Source: Cystobasidiomycetes sp. EMM_F5 (lineage: Eukaryota). From it: a DNA stretch of 64,000 nucleotides. A program made the translations under genes and the position numbers. The notes beneath the pieces were generated by a model. It was not told where the DNA came from. It saw only the letters and a list, made by a program, of their open reading frames with translations, and searched no databases. Shown piece by piece: positions 50,365 to 63,210 of the stretch. Within the stretch, counting starts at the first letter, position 1. Every line of letters starts with the position of its first letter. The DNA is taken from positions 1 through 64,000 of the forward strand of contig JBPGPT010000028.1 of assembly GCA_051047955.1 (NCBI GenBank), written 5' to 3'.

Positions 50365-51045
50365 TCACCGTTGGGCTGTCGCGACCGGGTTCCCATTACC
50401 GATGACGAAATCGTTTATTCGCAATCTGGTGAGCATAGGCTTTGTCTTGATAGTCTTCTGGTATCCCTTTCGCTTCTTGAATTTGACAGTCGCCTGCATT
50501 ACGGCTTTTGTGTGTTCGATGACTGTCGCTTTGCAGCTGATGATCTCCTTGCCTAGCGTCTCTCCTTGGCTTGCCCGGACGGTGTAGTCGCGGGATCCGA
50601 CTTCGTGTACACGGTCTAGACTGACAATATCGCCAACGCGGACATCCTTGAGTCGCGGTACTGTCAGGATATCTCTGGGCGTCAGGAGGTAGCGCCGTTG
50701 ATAGAGGGACGCGACAATGTAGTGCGAAGGCTGGGAGCGAAGTAGGGAGAGTGCACGGGATGCATCGTATTCAGAGGATGGGTTGCTCCGCTCAGGATGC
50801 AGTCTGCTTTTTCCTGTTGATGGGCTGGAGGGCGAAGCAGACGACGACGACGACGACGACGATGACAAGGGTTGCTGTACGGATATCTGATGGCCTGGCA
50901 GCTGTGTAGCGAGTTCAGACATGTTGGCTTGGGCGTTGAAGGCAGTATTTGATATCGCTCGAGCTGGATTCGGGGAATACTGAAACCTGGCCGCCGTTCG
51001 GAGGATACTAGCGGCGCAGACTGAGCGCGACAGTATTGTATTCAT
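50365..51045 (-). CDS. MRPL49: Mitochondrial ribosomal protein bL21m
   Basis: Presequence-like N-terminus, then DILTVPRL, VGSRDYT, KATVIEHTK and KFKKRKGYQK...TRLRI (L21p family). Confidence 0.88.
   Translation of the reverse strand: MNTILSRSVCAASILRTAARFQYSPNPARAISNTAFNAQANMSELATQLPGHQISVQQPLSSSSSSSSSASPSSPSTGKSRLHPERSNPSSEYDASRALSLLRSQPSHYIVASLYQRRYLLTPRDILTVPRLKDVRVGDIVSLDRVHEVGSRDYTVRASQGETLGKEIISCKATVIEHTKAVMQATVKFKKRKGYQKTIKTKPMLTRLRINDFVIGNGNPVATAQR
50840..50860. repeat. (GAC)7 microsatellite encoding poly-Ser in bL21m
   Basis: Seen directly in the sequence. Confidence 0.9.
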
Positions 51046-51174
51046 GATTGCACCGCTCTTGTCAGGTTTTGTTGCGGATTGCCAGCTGGTCAAGAAGCCA
51101 ACCTGGATTACAATCTGTAAATTACCTGGTTGGACAATTAACAACTGACCGGACATCCCCCACACCATGAAACT

Positions 51175-53567
51175 ATGAGCAGTCCGATGCAGAGTCAAGG
51201 CGGAACACCAGACAGCCAGGACGGGGCAGCCGCGAAGTCAGCAGCCTCGTCCAAGGCTGCGCTTCCGAGATATACTGACCATCTGGAAAGAGACGGCTGG
51301 CAGCGCATGGGCGACAGCGGTCAGCCCGTCGCAAGCACGAGCAGGGTCATACAGGCCCCGACCAGCATATCCTCCTTGACGCTGCAGGATTTCCGCTCAA
51401 AAGACAGGAATCGCGAGGCACGATTGACGCAATTGTACGAAACTTTGCGCCAAAAGCAATGGCAGCCTGTAGAGTCTGCTGGTGCTACCAGCTCGAAAGA
51501 CGTATCGAAGGATGGCAGAGCATCGCAGAAACAAGCACAGACGCCCGAGGAGAAGCGCCGACGAGCTGTGCGCCGGGCGTATCTGCAAGAACTCTACAAC
51601 CACATAACGGACGACGGAGATCCAGACAGTCAATCTTCGGGTGTCCCCTCGTATGCTCGCTTCACTCGTTTCATTGAAGAGAAGGAGGAGGCCCTTTGGC
51701 GGTTGTTCTGCTCTATCGACAGTGACAACGACATGCAGCTATCTCTGGACGAGATTCAGCATTCCTTGAATAAAGCTGGTGGGGTTCCATCAGACTGAAG
51801 CGATTCAATGTCTGATTTGGCTGATGTACATCCATATACGCAGATATCAGAATATCACGCGAGAGGCTAGCAGACATGGTTGCCGAGATGGACAAGGATG
51901 GGTCAGGGCATGTCACGTTCGATGAATGGCGAGACTTTCTGCTCGTAAGGACCGTACTCCTCGCGCGAAAACGCTTACTAAGCCTTTCTTCTCTCAGCTT
52001 TTACCGCGGCCTTGCTCTATGTCGAATGTGTATACATATTGGCAGTCCTTCTCCAGTCCTCGATTAGCATCGAGTATTGCAACACAAGACCTTGATGTCC
52101 TTTTAGCAGAACGTCCCGCAAACTCCAAGTCTAGCCCTTCTCCTGCATCCGCTGTTAGTAAGGGTAAACAACGAGCAGCTCAACTCGAGGAGCACGGCCA
52201 AGATGGCGACGCCGGGACGGGCTCGAGCATGTCTACAGAGCGAAAGACTGGAAATGCGAAAAGCGAAAAGGGCATATTTGAGGGGTCTGGCGTGTATCTG
52301 CTCGCTGGAGGTATAGCAGGAGCCGTGTCAAGGACAGCCACTGCGCCTTTTGACAGGCTGAAGGTCTTTCTCATCAACGTGACGGACCGTTCGGGTGTGC
52401 GCTTGCCGTCTGCGAGCACTACAGCGCATCACCCTTTGCAAGCTGCAAAAGTATTGGCTCACTCTGGCAACAAAGGCATGGGAGCTTTATTCAAGGCTGT
52501 CAGCAGTCTATACACAGAAGGAGGTTTCAGAGCTTTCTTTGTTGGTAATGGGTGAGCTTACTGTTTTAAAGACTCATATCATCTCGCTCACATAGTATTT
52601 GACATTGCGCAGTCTGAACGTCATCAAGATTTTCCCTGAATCAGCTATAAAATTCTGGAGCTACGAATACAGCAAGAGGTGGTTTGCACGTAATGTAGAC
52701 CGATGCAATGTTGCCGATATTTCAGGATCGTCTCGCTTCATAGCAGGTGGTATCGGAGGCGTGTCAAGTCAACTGTGTAAGTGGACATGTACCTGTTCAG
52801 ACTCCGCTGGCTAAAGTCGAATTGCGCCAGTAATATACCCGCTGGAAACATGGTAAGTGATGGCATACTGATTAGGTCGAACTTCTTGATCCTTATGTGT
52901 TTCGACTGCAGGAAAACCCGGGTCATGTCCTCTACCTCTTCTGCACCTGGTGCACTGAAAGGAAATGCATTATATGTCGAGACAGCCAAACAGATGTACA
53001 TCAAAGGTGGAATGAGATCGTATTGGGCAGGCTTAATCCCCGCTCTTCTGGGCGTCTTTCCGTATTCAGCTATTGACATGTCGCTCTTTGCGGCATTCAA
53101 GAAGGCGTACTGCCAATATACCGGAGATGCCGAGACGGGACCTATGGCCAGTCTGTCATTTGGTGCCTTGTCGGGAGGTCTCGGCGCGACTAGTGTATAC
53201 CCACTGTGAGTAGCACGCAGTTCGCTCCCATATTTACCTTGTTGACAAAGACTTTCAGTAATCTTGTCCGGACACGCATGCAAACGCAAGGGACGAAGGC
53301 GCATCCGCAACGGTATACCGGCTGGAAGGATGTGGTGACGACATGCTTCCGCAATGAAGGAATTCGTGGCTTTTACAAAGGCTTAATGCCGACTCTTCTC
53401 AAAGTATCGCCTTCCATGGGCATCAGTTGGGTCGTATGTGAGTCAAAATTTTGGATAACAGCATCAACGAGGAGCATCATGCTGACTCTGTTGCAGATGA
53501 GTCCACGACTGCATTGATATTCAAACAGTCGGAATCAGCGCAGTCAAACGATGTGAAAGAAGGGTAA
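51175..53567 (+). CDS. SAL1: Calcium-binding mitochondrial carrier (SCaMC/Sal1-like ATP-Mg/Pi carrier)
   Basis: EF loops DSDNDMQLSLDE and DKDGSGHVTFDE. Three carrier signatures: PFDRLK, PLETWKTR and PLNLVRTR. Confidence 0.88.
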
Positions 53568-54246
53568 AGACGCATGCATTTCACGGGCTTTCCGCATCAG
53601 TATAAGCTAGAGCTTCTAGAGTACAGTCCACAACGTTGTGTACGTTAACGCCTTAGACAAGGCACCTTCGTTGGATTGTCTATGCAGTCTTCTGTTCACC
53701 TGCGATAGTGTTACAAAGTCCAATTTCGGCAGCTTGCCATTCTGCCGCACGGGTCGTTATATATACGTCGAGGCTGAGCGACTGCTGATCAATCGTAAGG
53801 CCAGAGTGCTGAAGCTTCGCCGTTTTGCCATAGCAGTTGCTGCCTGTCTACCCTCCCTTCCCATCTTGGATACGTCCTGGGGACATTGCAAACTCCTTCC
53901 GCTTCGCAGGTGCAAAGAAAAATTGTTTGAGGATAGCATCAGACGAGCAAGGTCCAGCCCGGAGAACCCCCACCAGCCCGGAGGACCCTCAGACTGCGAT
54001 AAGACATGCGCCGTGGTAGAAATACGTTAAGCTTGATTATTACGGCTATTTTCCTGCCGCAGCTTACATCACTCGCGAAGTGTCGACATTCGACAACGTC
54101 TCGGCGGACGATTGTGGTGCGAGGCATACAACCCAGTTTTGTGGACAGATGTAGCAGCAGATCCAGTATGCAAGGCCTTTCAGCTTGAAGTGGCTTAAGA
54201 GCACGACTGTAATGTTTCAGGAGCATCGATGGATGCGCGCAGTCTA

Positions 54247-55512
54247 TCAAGTTCGCAACAGCGAGATATCGCAGCAAGATACTTTGCCATCCAGAATGAG
54301 TTCAGACATGGCCATTCCTGTCGCGGGGCCTTGCAAAATGCCTGGAAGTGGACGCTTAGCCCGCTAGAAACTGCTCACACAGGAGCACTCACCCCAGCAT
54401 GAGTGGCCGGACGCAAAGTACACTCCTTGCTTGACTTGAGCCAGTATAGGGCTACCTGTACTTCTAGAAGTAGGTAGGTAGCAAGCCTGTTTGGCTTCGA
54501 CGACAGCTTTCTCGCCAAGGGCAGTGGGTGAAATGATGATTGCTTCTGCAATGAGCCGCTTTATTGCGCTCTCGTCCACTTGAACCTGGTCTGCTCGCTC
54601 AGGAATCGGTAGATCATCGGTCGGCCCACAGAGATAGCCTGTGCCATCGGGTCGCGCGTAAAGTTCTGGTTCGGCCGTCTTCTTTCCGGTCTTTATGGAT
54701 GTGAATAGCGCGTGAGCACTGAGAGGCTCGGAAGAGCGGACTACGATCTATCAAAGGATACACACACAAGTCAGTCCCAGTTCGTAAAACTATGTAGCAA
54801 CCCTACGGAATGCGCGCGAGATCCTCCAATGTCGTAATCCGTGGGATCCACTTCCGCATCTCCCTCAAATAGTCTCTTCATGAATTTGCCAGACCAAGGT
54901 CCTGTCGCAATCACAACATCCGTGCAAGGCAGCTCTTGCTGATTGTTGTCCGAATCCGACGCCACTACAGCAACAGGTCGACCATCTGCATATTTGATCT
55001 GATGTGCTTGTCCAGTGACTACCTTCAAGTCTCTTGCCATGCGTTGAGTTAGGAGACGGGGGTGTACCTGTGCATTCGTTGTCGGATCACCCAAAAGACC
55101 ACTGCGAGTAACAGCTTCTGTGTTGATCCAAGGAGCTCCTGGCACCTTTTTCCCGCGCTTGTTTGTCAGATCAAAGGCTACGGAGGCAGTGGTCATTGTC
55201 CTGTAGCCAATGCTCTCGGCTCCAAACTCGTCGGCCAGTTCTTTATGTAATTTATACGACAATGTCGACAAGGACGCGGTTGCAGCACCATGCCAGTCCA
55301 GAGCCTGCGGTCATGTCATCAGCAATTAGGCTACGAATTGTTTAAGAGACTCTGCCAACGAGAAACCCGCCAGCTTTGCCTGAAGCTCCAGCTGCGATAC
55401 TGCATGCTTCCAGGATGGTCACATCGCAACCGCGTCTTTGGAGATAGAATGCAGTGCTCGTCCCGACAATACCGCCGCCAACGACGACGACCTTGCGACT
55501 GGAGCGGGCCAT
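54247..55512 (-). CDS. FAD-dependent oxidoreductase (DAO family, Tda3-like)
   Basis: VVVVGGGIVG, GASGKAGGFL, AQVHP, QACYLP and SGHSCWGILQGPATG. Confidence 0.9.
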
Positions 55513-55717
55513 GGTTTGGATGGTCAGAAGCAAAGGAGATATCGCTGATATGATTGAAGGTATATTGTGGCGGAGAGTATCCCCACAACGTGATATTCGT
55601 TTGAAATTGGCTACAATGGGCTATACTACGACTTGAACGAACTGAGGACGATGGACCATGTACTATAGAAGTCGAAAGCTCGATAGGCCCGAAAGAGCGA
55701 TATGCAATACTTCTGGC

Positions 55718-58700
55718 TCAAACTGGAGTAGGCTCGGCCGGTGGAGGAACGGCAGCATCTGCAGCCTTCTTGACGCCAACGGTACGACAGGCGGGACAGT
55801 TGTTGGCTCCTTCGACCAACCAGCGGTCGACACAATTCTTGTGGAAGCAGTGCTGACAAGCCAAAACGCGAACATCTTCATCGTCTGCATAATCTTCCAG
55901 ACACACTGAACCCGGGACAAGCAGTCAGCGACAATCATGCATATATCACTCGATATAGTCCTACCTAAACATCGCTCTGCTGTGATCGGTAGCACTTTAC
56001 CGTCTTCCTGCAGCCGCCCGATCGCTGTGCCCTTCACCACTGACAACCCGGATGCTTCCACTTCGTCTGCGGAAGCAGTAGGCGGCTTGTGCTGACCGAG
56101 AATATCGGCGAGGCGTAGCATGTCCTCGTATGACAGTGCGCCGTCGCCCACGAGGGATGGTGCAAGAGCGATGGGATGATGGGCTGGCCATACTCCTCCC
56201 TGTAATCAATGCTATATCATCAGAAGTTGAGTCGGATGCGATATGTCACTGCTCACCATGATCCATAGCGAGAAACCAGAAAATGGAACCCGCGACGCTG
56301 GATTTCGAGTATGCAAAGGGTGTTCAGCAGCAGGTAGAGCCGCGGACGGCCCCGGCGAGGTAAGGGGGTCTGTATGGTGCGCAGAAGCGGGGCCTGCCGA
56401 AGCGCTTGACGAATGTGCTTCGCTGGATGTGGCAGAAATGACTGTAGCAGTAGAGGTCGAAGGGGCTGAGGCCGATGTCGTCTCGCTAGTCGGCGGCTGT
56501 AGGCTACGCACACCAATGAGAAGTAGAGGCACATATTGTGTTTCAGCCGCAGGTTGGGACGTGCCCGCTGTTGAAACAGCAGGTACAGACTGAGACCCGG
56601 CATCATCGCCGCTGTTACTGGCAGGAGTCGTATGTGGGCCTGCCTCTACCGGTGACGGCGCCTCTGGAGGGGACTGTGTAGGAGTAGACGACAATGGCTC
56701 CGTCAAAGGGATACCCGAACTATTCGTCCCAGAAGACGGTGGTGCTACCATCGAACCCGGCGGTAAATCGGCCAAAGAGCGCGCTGGAAATCTGAAGGAT
56801 CTGAAGAACGAGAATGGGCGTCCAGTGATTGACGCGCTTGCCGTCAATGGCGTTGCTGTTGCAGGCCTCTCTGAGCCCGGCACCGTTGGCACGTCTGCTG
56901 GCGGAATTTCCGCAGACAGCTCGCTGACAGCCTCCTCGGCGTGGTCGGAGTGAGCATCCTCCATGACAGAGTCAGCTGACGTATCTAGTGTTCCGCTTCG
57001 TCCTGATGCGTCGTGAGCGCCCGCGAGCGGCAGCATAGCTGATGCATATTCATTGGGCAATGCGGGTAAGGGTACGGGTGCGGGTGCGGGTGCAGGTGCG
57101 GATGCGGATGATGGAGACATCGATTCTGACAATGGCGCAGTTATTGTAGTAGTAGATGTGGAGCTGGAGGAATCGGCACTCAAGATTGCCGTGGCGACAC
57201 TAGAAGTCAACGTTAGCCATCATATTGTTTGTCAGAATTGTATAAGTCTCGCCTACTCGAATTGCAGATCTGCCAAGAATCTCTCAAATGTACCTTCATG
57301 TGCGTTCCTGTTGGTGACAAGCGCCGGATTCGATGCCAGTGCTGATACAGAGACCGCACCTACAGCACCCGCTGGTGGACTTCGACTGTTGCGGCTTGCC
57401 GGCGGCGATGATACAGTCGGGGCGATAGTGGGTCTGTTTTCTGTGGCTCTTGCTTCTTGCGCATTCGAAGAATCGCTGAGCGAGCTTGAAGTAGCGGAAG
57501 AGGCTCCGCTCTCGTTCGCAGAGTTACCCCCGAAAGCTGAAGCTAGAGCGTTTCTCAATATTTGCTGAAGCGCAGCTCTGCCCGGACTGATGCTATTGCT
57601 GCTGTTGCCGCTTGGACTGGCCTGGCTCTCATTACGAGGTGAGGCGAGACTATCTCCTGTTGAGTTTGCCGTAGTTGATGTTGATGTAGTATCAGTCGCT
57701 CCCACAACTGTCGAGGGTGTGCTATCAGATCTCGGCCTCGAAGCATTAGCGTTCGCTTCCGATGTCGACCTTGGCGCTTCAGACATGGATCCGAATATTC
57801 CATCACTTCCATCTTCATCGAATCCCGAGATGACGCTCCCATTCAGGGTAATGAGGCCAGGTAACAAAGTAGCCGCGGTCGAAGCAGCAGCGATACTCAA
57901 CAATCGACCGATGAGGTGAGCTTGATGTGACACAGTAGACTCCTCATGCGGCGCATTGTCTGTAGTATTGCTTTGCGGAGCAGGCGTAGCTTCCGGGGGC
58001 GCGTTGACGACTTCGTCGACAGCATTGTCCCACTCCGAAGAACTTGCTCCGTCACTGTTGCTCGACACTAAAGGCGTCCGCTCATCGTCCAAAGCATTGT
58101 CTCTAGTCCGATCGCCTTCCTGGACGAGCTGTGTATCAGATCTCGATGTTGCCTGTACGGGTACCGTCTGCGGAGGTATCGGTGTAGGTGCTCGCGATAT
58201 AGCCGGTGTTGGATTTGGTGACGAAGCAACGATGCCCTGTACCAGAATCCGCCGTGGTATAGTAATGACATTCGCAGAAGGCTGCGTGTCTGTGGGTGTT
58301 GCGTTAGCTGCCTGAGTGCCGGATTGTTGTGCCGATACATGTGAATCCAATAGATTTTCAGTCTCCATGTCCGCCTCGTGATTGCTTACGGCAGAAGGAG
58401 CCATCTCAATATCAGCCGCTGGTATGTGGTCTCTCGCTGATGAGAAAGATTGGGAACGGGTGGAGGGCTGTCTGGTCGATCGACGACGCTGCAGGATATC
58501 ACTTGACTCCAAGAGGATGGGTAGTATCGACGGCGCGGCGATATGCCCGTCATCAATATTCATACCATCGTTGTCAATGATTGGTATCGAAGCCATATCG
58601 AGCGCTTCCGAAGTCTGTGAGTCAGCTGGAGTTTGCGCAGACATGACAGTCTGTATGAGATGTCGCATACGCTGCCTCTCGTCGAGCATCGAGTCATCTT

Positions 58701-59349
58701 CCGCAGGAGGCGTCATGGGGATCTGTCCAGGCGTATATTGGCTTGTCGCGCTGATTCTCTCTTGTTGACTATCATCGAGTGGCGCCGTATTCGGTGGTGA
58801 CGGTGTGACGGATGCGTCTGATTGTGCGACTGCATTGGCAGAGTCATTGGATGCTTGTTCAGACTGGGAAGACGATACGACAGGCTGTAAGGAAGTCGAA
58901 CGACGCCGATCTCTCAACTTGGCCAAGATGGATTGCCGTCTGTTCTTGTATACATCGTCGTACGTTGGCTCCATCTCGGCGTCCACGTCCATTGACGACG
59001 TCGTCACAAGGTCACTCGGTGACGGGGTGAGCGTCTTGCTGAATCGTCGCTTTGCGGCTCCAAGGAGACCTGATGACCTTGATCTGGCGTTACTTGATGG
59101 TCTTGCCGGCTTTGAAGCGCGCTCTTCCCTGAGTACCGGCTCTGATGCTGAGCGTGCATTGTACGGTCTCTTACTCGGACCAGCTTCAGCCTGCACATTG
59201 CCATCGATATCGCGGTTATTGTCCAGTGACGTTGTAGGGTCATTCCTGGCGTCAAGAGAGGGCGTGTCGCTCATCGTCGAAGCTGCAGGTTGCCCGCGAG
59301 ATGACCGCGTAGACTGCAATCTGGACGACCTGCTGCTCGACTGGCCCAT
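55718..59349 (-). CDS. RING-H2 E3 ligase with a long disordered N-terminus and predicted N-myristoylation
   Basis: Starts MGQSSS (MGxxxS). Contains HHPIALAPSL...SYEDMLRLADILG..KPP and the C-terminal RING C-L-V-C...CQHCFHKNC...CPAC. Three introns. Confidence 0.88.
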
Positions 59350-59825
59350 TGCTGGTGTTGGGGCCTTTACGCAGACTGTTCAGCTCGCTGTTGCCATGTC
59401 CTTGTCTGCGAGCAGTATTCCCTAAGTCTTTGTTGCAGGTCGGGTGTCTCGTTTCTTGCCTTGTTGTTGGTTGGAAGGAGAGCATCAAGTCATTCAAAGT
59501 AGTCATCATTGATGAAGTTTGCCACTGAATACGCCATGCAAGGTATGCTTTGCACAACGACGATGTAGACCTCTTGATCGTATTTACTATCCCACAAGGT
59601 TTGGATAATCTTACATTGGTAGCCAGTACCGCTTTATCGATACACCGTCACTGAATATTGCCCACAACACGTATGCGACCGACTGCACCAAGGACTGACG
59701 TATTGTACCGATCCGTATACTATACAATCTTGATGCGATGAGAAAAAGTGTTCGAGTTTATGCGCGTGTATAAGAAAATCGACGATTCGCCCTTCCAAGA
59801 AGAAAGTGTGTGCAAGTCTGCTACT

Positions 59826-62800
59826 TCAAGCCGCAGCCTTTTTGGCCGACGTCTTGACCCTTTGAAACGCAGTCTTCGGAACACTCAAGATCTTTGACCA
59901 TCTATTCGAACTTCCACTTCTTGACCGAGTGTGGTGGTATTCCCCATTTCCAGATTGACCAGCTCCGTTTGACACTCCATTCACCGAACTGCCAGCACTG
60001 CTCTGAGTAGTGATGGACGTCAAGAAACTCTCTTGCTGACGTTGCATAGACCCAGCAGATGTGGCCGATGCTGGACCCTGATGCGTCGAACTGGCAGACG
60101 ATCGGAAACTTCGTGTACTTCTCGCAGATGACGGCCAGAAGGGTAGATCTTTCCGTCTACTCGACCCAGGTGATGCCGCTGGAGATTCGCTACGACGACT
60201 TGCTGTTGGTTCGGTATTGATCAGAGGGAAGGGTATGCTCGTCAACGTCTCTGACACACTCTGCTTTGCCGTATTTTGTTCAGACATTTCAGCATGGCGG
60301 GGATCACCTGGAGGCCAGTGTGCAGAAGGAGTATGCAGTAACGGTGGACGACCTGATTCCCCGCTTTTTCTCGCTGTCGGATCGCTGAGCCGGCCCCTGC
60401 GTCTTGAGGCTGATGACACACCGCGAGCCAGTGTCGGACGCGAGTCCGATACGTCGGCCGCTGAGGAATCAATGTCGGCTTCTGCTGAGAGGCCATCGTC
60501 TTCATCATCGTCGAGACCATCGCTCGACATTGAGACTTCCTCGAGCGCAAGAAGCTGTGTGGGAAACACCGTAGGAGGCGTTATGCCCGTCCGCATAGCT
60601 GGGACTTCACAGGTCCATATATTGGGCCAGTCTACGCTTTCAAAGAACGGATGCTGCTTGACGGCCTCTACCCCTCCTCTGACACCAAGTCTCTCGAAGG
60701 GATCAAGTACAAGCAGTTTTTGTACCAAGTCTTTCGCATCGTCTGGAAAGTCTGGCGGGAAGTCATAGTCGAGCTTTGTGATCTTTTGAAAGATGAGGTA
60801 CTCGTTTGATGCACGAAAGGGGGTGCGACCGCAGATGAACTGGTACAAGACACATCCAAATGCCCACATGTCTGCGGCGTGCACTGGAGGAGCTCGATAG
60901 TCGTCTTGGCCTTCCTTCGAAGCGGTCTTGACAGGCTTGGCAGTAAGGAGCTCCGGACAGACATACTGTGCAGTACCGACAAACGAGTTTGAGCGCGTCG
61001 TTGGTTCTTCAGAAGCTGTGGCTATTGCAATATAGTACGTGAGCCACAATTCCGATACTGCCAGAATACATTCTTACAAGGTCCGCTCTCGTTAGTGGGC
61101 GAAGTGGGTAATAACTTTGCTGTCCCAAAGTCAGTCATCTTTATGCGCATATTCTCGTCGAGTAAGATGCTGCGACCGCGACAATCAGTCTTGGTCCCAT
61201 CATTCCAAATGTCGACACATACTTTTCAGGCTTGATATCGCGATGCACTACGCCTCGCTTGTGCATATACTCGATGACCGCAACGAGCTGAGCCGCGTAG
61301 AAGCGAGCGACGTCGACATGCAATGATCCAAGCTCTTTGAGGTAACTCAGAATCTCGCCGTTCCTGGCGAGTTCCAAGACAAAGTACAGGCTTCGCTCAT
61401 CGTGAAAGGTCCAATAGAGCCGTACCACCCCAGGATGCTTGTCGAGCCGAGCAAGCGTATCCTTTTCGACATTGACATATTTTACTTTACGTTCCTTGAT
61501 GATGTGTTTCTTGTCGAGCACTTTGAGTGCATACTGCTTGAAGGGCGGAGAACGATCAGTAGCGAGAAAGACGGTCGAGTATGACCCTTCTCCAAGTATA
61601 GTGCCTAGCTCAAAATCGTTGGCGCGTTTGTGTGCTGCTCCACTTAGACTCGTCGCGCTGTTTGTACGGGACATTGGCCCGCTGCCAGTAGCGCCTTTAC
61701 CACCGCCTCCTACTGCTCCTCCTCCTCCTCCTACAGGTGCAAGATGGCGTCCACCAAGGCTGCCTGGTCCACCGATAGGCGGCAAGAGGAGCAAATCCGC
61801 ACCAGGACTCGGTGGCGCTTTCGGCATATTTGGAAGACCGTCTGCGCCGAGGACCATAGCAGGAAGATTGATGGACATTCCTCTAGGCGACGGCCTTCTC
61901 GATCCATCGGACGCAATGACCGTAACTGGAGGAAGTCTGCTCGTCTTGATTGCCGGACTCTTTCTCGGCAGAGGCGGTTGTAGGGGCAGTGTCGAAGGAC
62001 CAGCTTCTGCTCCGAGGGCGTGCATTGCGACATCGTGAGCTGTAGCTCCGTCTCGTGCAGCAACGACGGCTGCATGGTGAGCGGCTCGAGCAGAACCAAA
62101 ACTACCGCTAAAGCTGCTTCGATTGCTCGCCATTGCTGCTGCTCCTCCCCGCCCGACATATCTGGCAGGCATTGGCGGAAAGTACGGATTGCGATTGTCG
62201 GACGATGTACCGCCTGACGGTAGGGGTGCGTTATTGATATAACTCCCCGTTCTGCTCATTGGGGGAGCGGGCGTGCGAAAGGGTGTCATGCGGAATGGCG
62301 TGGCGTAGACTGATGAAGATGAGGATGCTCGAGATAGACCCGACACACTCGAGTCGCTCGATGTGCTATCGCCCCGCTGCAGTGCTACAGACTTGGGGCC
62401 GGCGAGTGGTCTGTCCAAGTCTACGTCTGGGGATGACACCTCTGAACGGTTTGCCGAGCCTGTCGAACGGTCGCCGGCACTGTCGTTGTGTGCGTGAGTC
62501 TCGTCGTCGTCGTTGGAATGGTATGCGTGATGCGCCGAGCTGAATGCAGAGTCGACGGGCAGAGATGGGGAAGGGGGATGATTCAAATTTCTGCGAGCTG
62601 CATCTCCAACCTGCAGAGCGCTAGGTTGACGCGGAGTGAGAGCGAGTGCTGCAGCCGTGACGGCGTCAATGTCTGCATCCTGAGCTTGTATCGCCTCGCC
62701 ATTCTCAGACTCGCTCAACGCTGCCATATCAGTAATATCATGCAACACTGCCAGCCTCGGTATGCTCTCGTCGTTGCTGTTGGCGCGTGTGGGTGTTTGC

Positions 62801-62925
62801 GGGTCATCTGCGACAGCGAGGCCGCGACCAGCTGGATGGATATGGCTGTCGATGGCTGCAGATGGCAGGCTCAGTCCGAGGATAGGCGTCCTCGACGTCG
62901 ACGTGGCCGTTGCTGTGGCCGACAT
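59826..62925 (-). CDS. PDK1-family AGC kinase (Pkh/Ksg1-like)
   Basis: LGEGSYSTV, YALKVLDKKHIIKE, HRDIKPEN, DFGTAK and the activation loop RSNSFVGTAQY. Two introns. Confidence 0.95.
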
Positions 62926-63210
62926 GCTGGGTTATGTTGGATGTATCGATATTGATGTCGCCCGTTTCCGTCGTTATAGCACGCCGACCCTCCAGCCTTC
63001 CAGCGCTGCGGCACTCGTCCTCATATCATGCCCATGTCCATGTTTGCGTCTATAGCCTGCATATCAGACTGGCGTCAAGGCTCAAATTATTATTTTTCAT
63101 GCGAGGGCCTCGACCACCAAAGCCAAATGGCACCGTCGCCCCGTCGCCTAACAGGCACCGACCCGCAATTTATATCCAACTGGCACGGCATTACAGTTGG
63201 CACGGTCATG

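Noticed and set aside
57076..57110. (GGGTGC)n short tandem repeat
   Set aside because: It simply encodes a Pro-Ala run in the RING-H2 protein.
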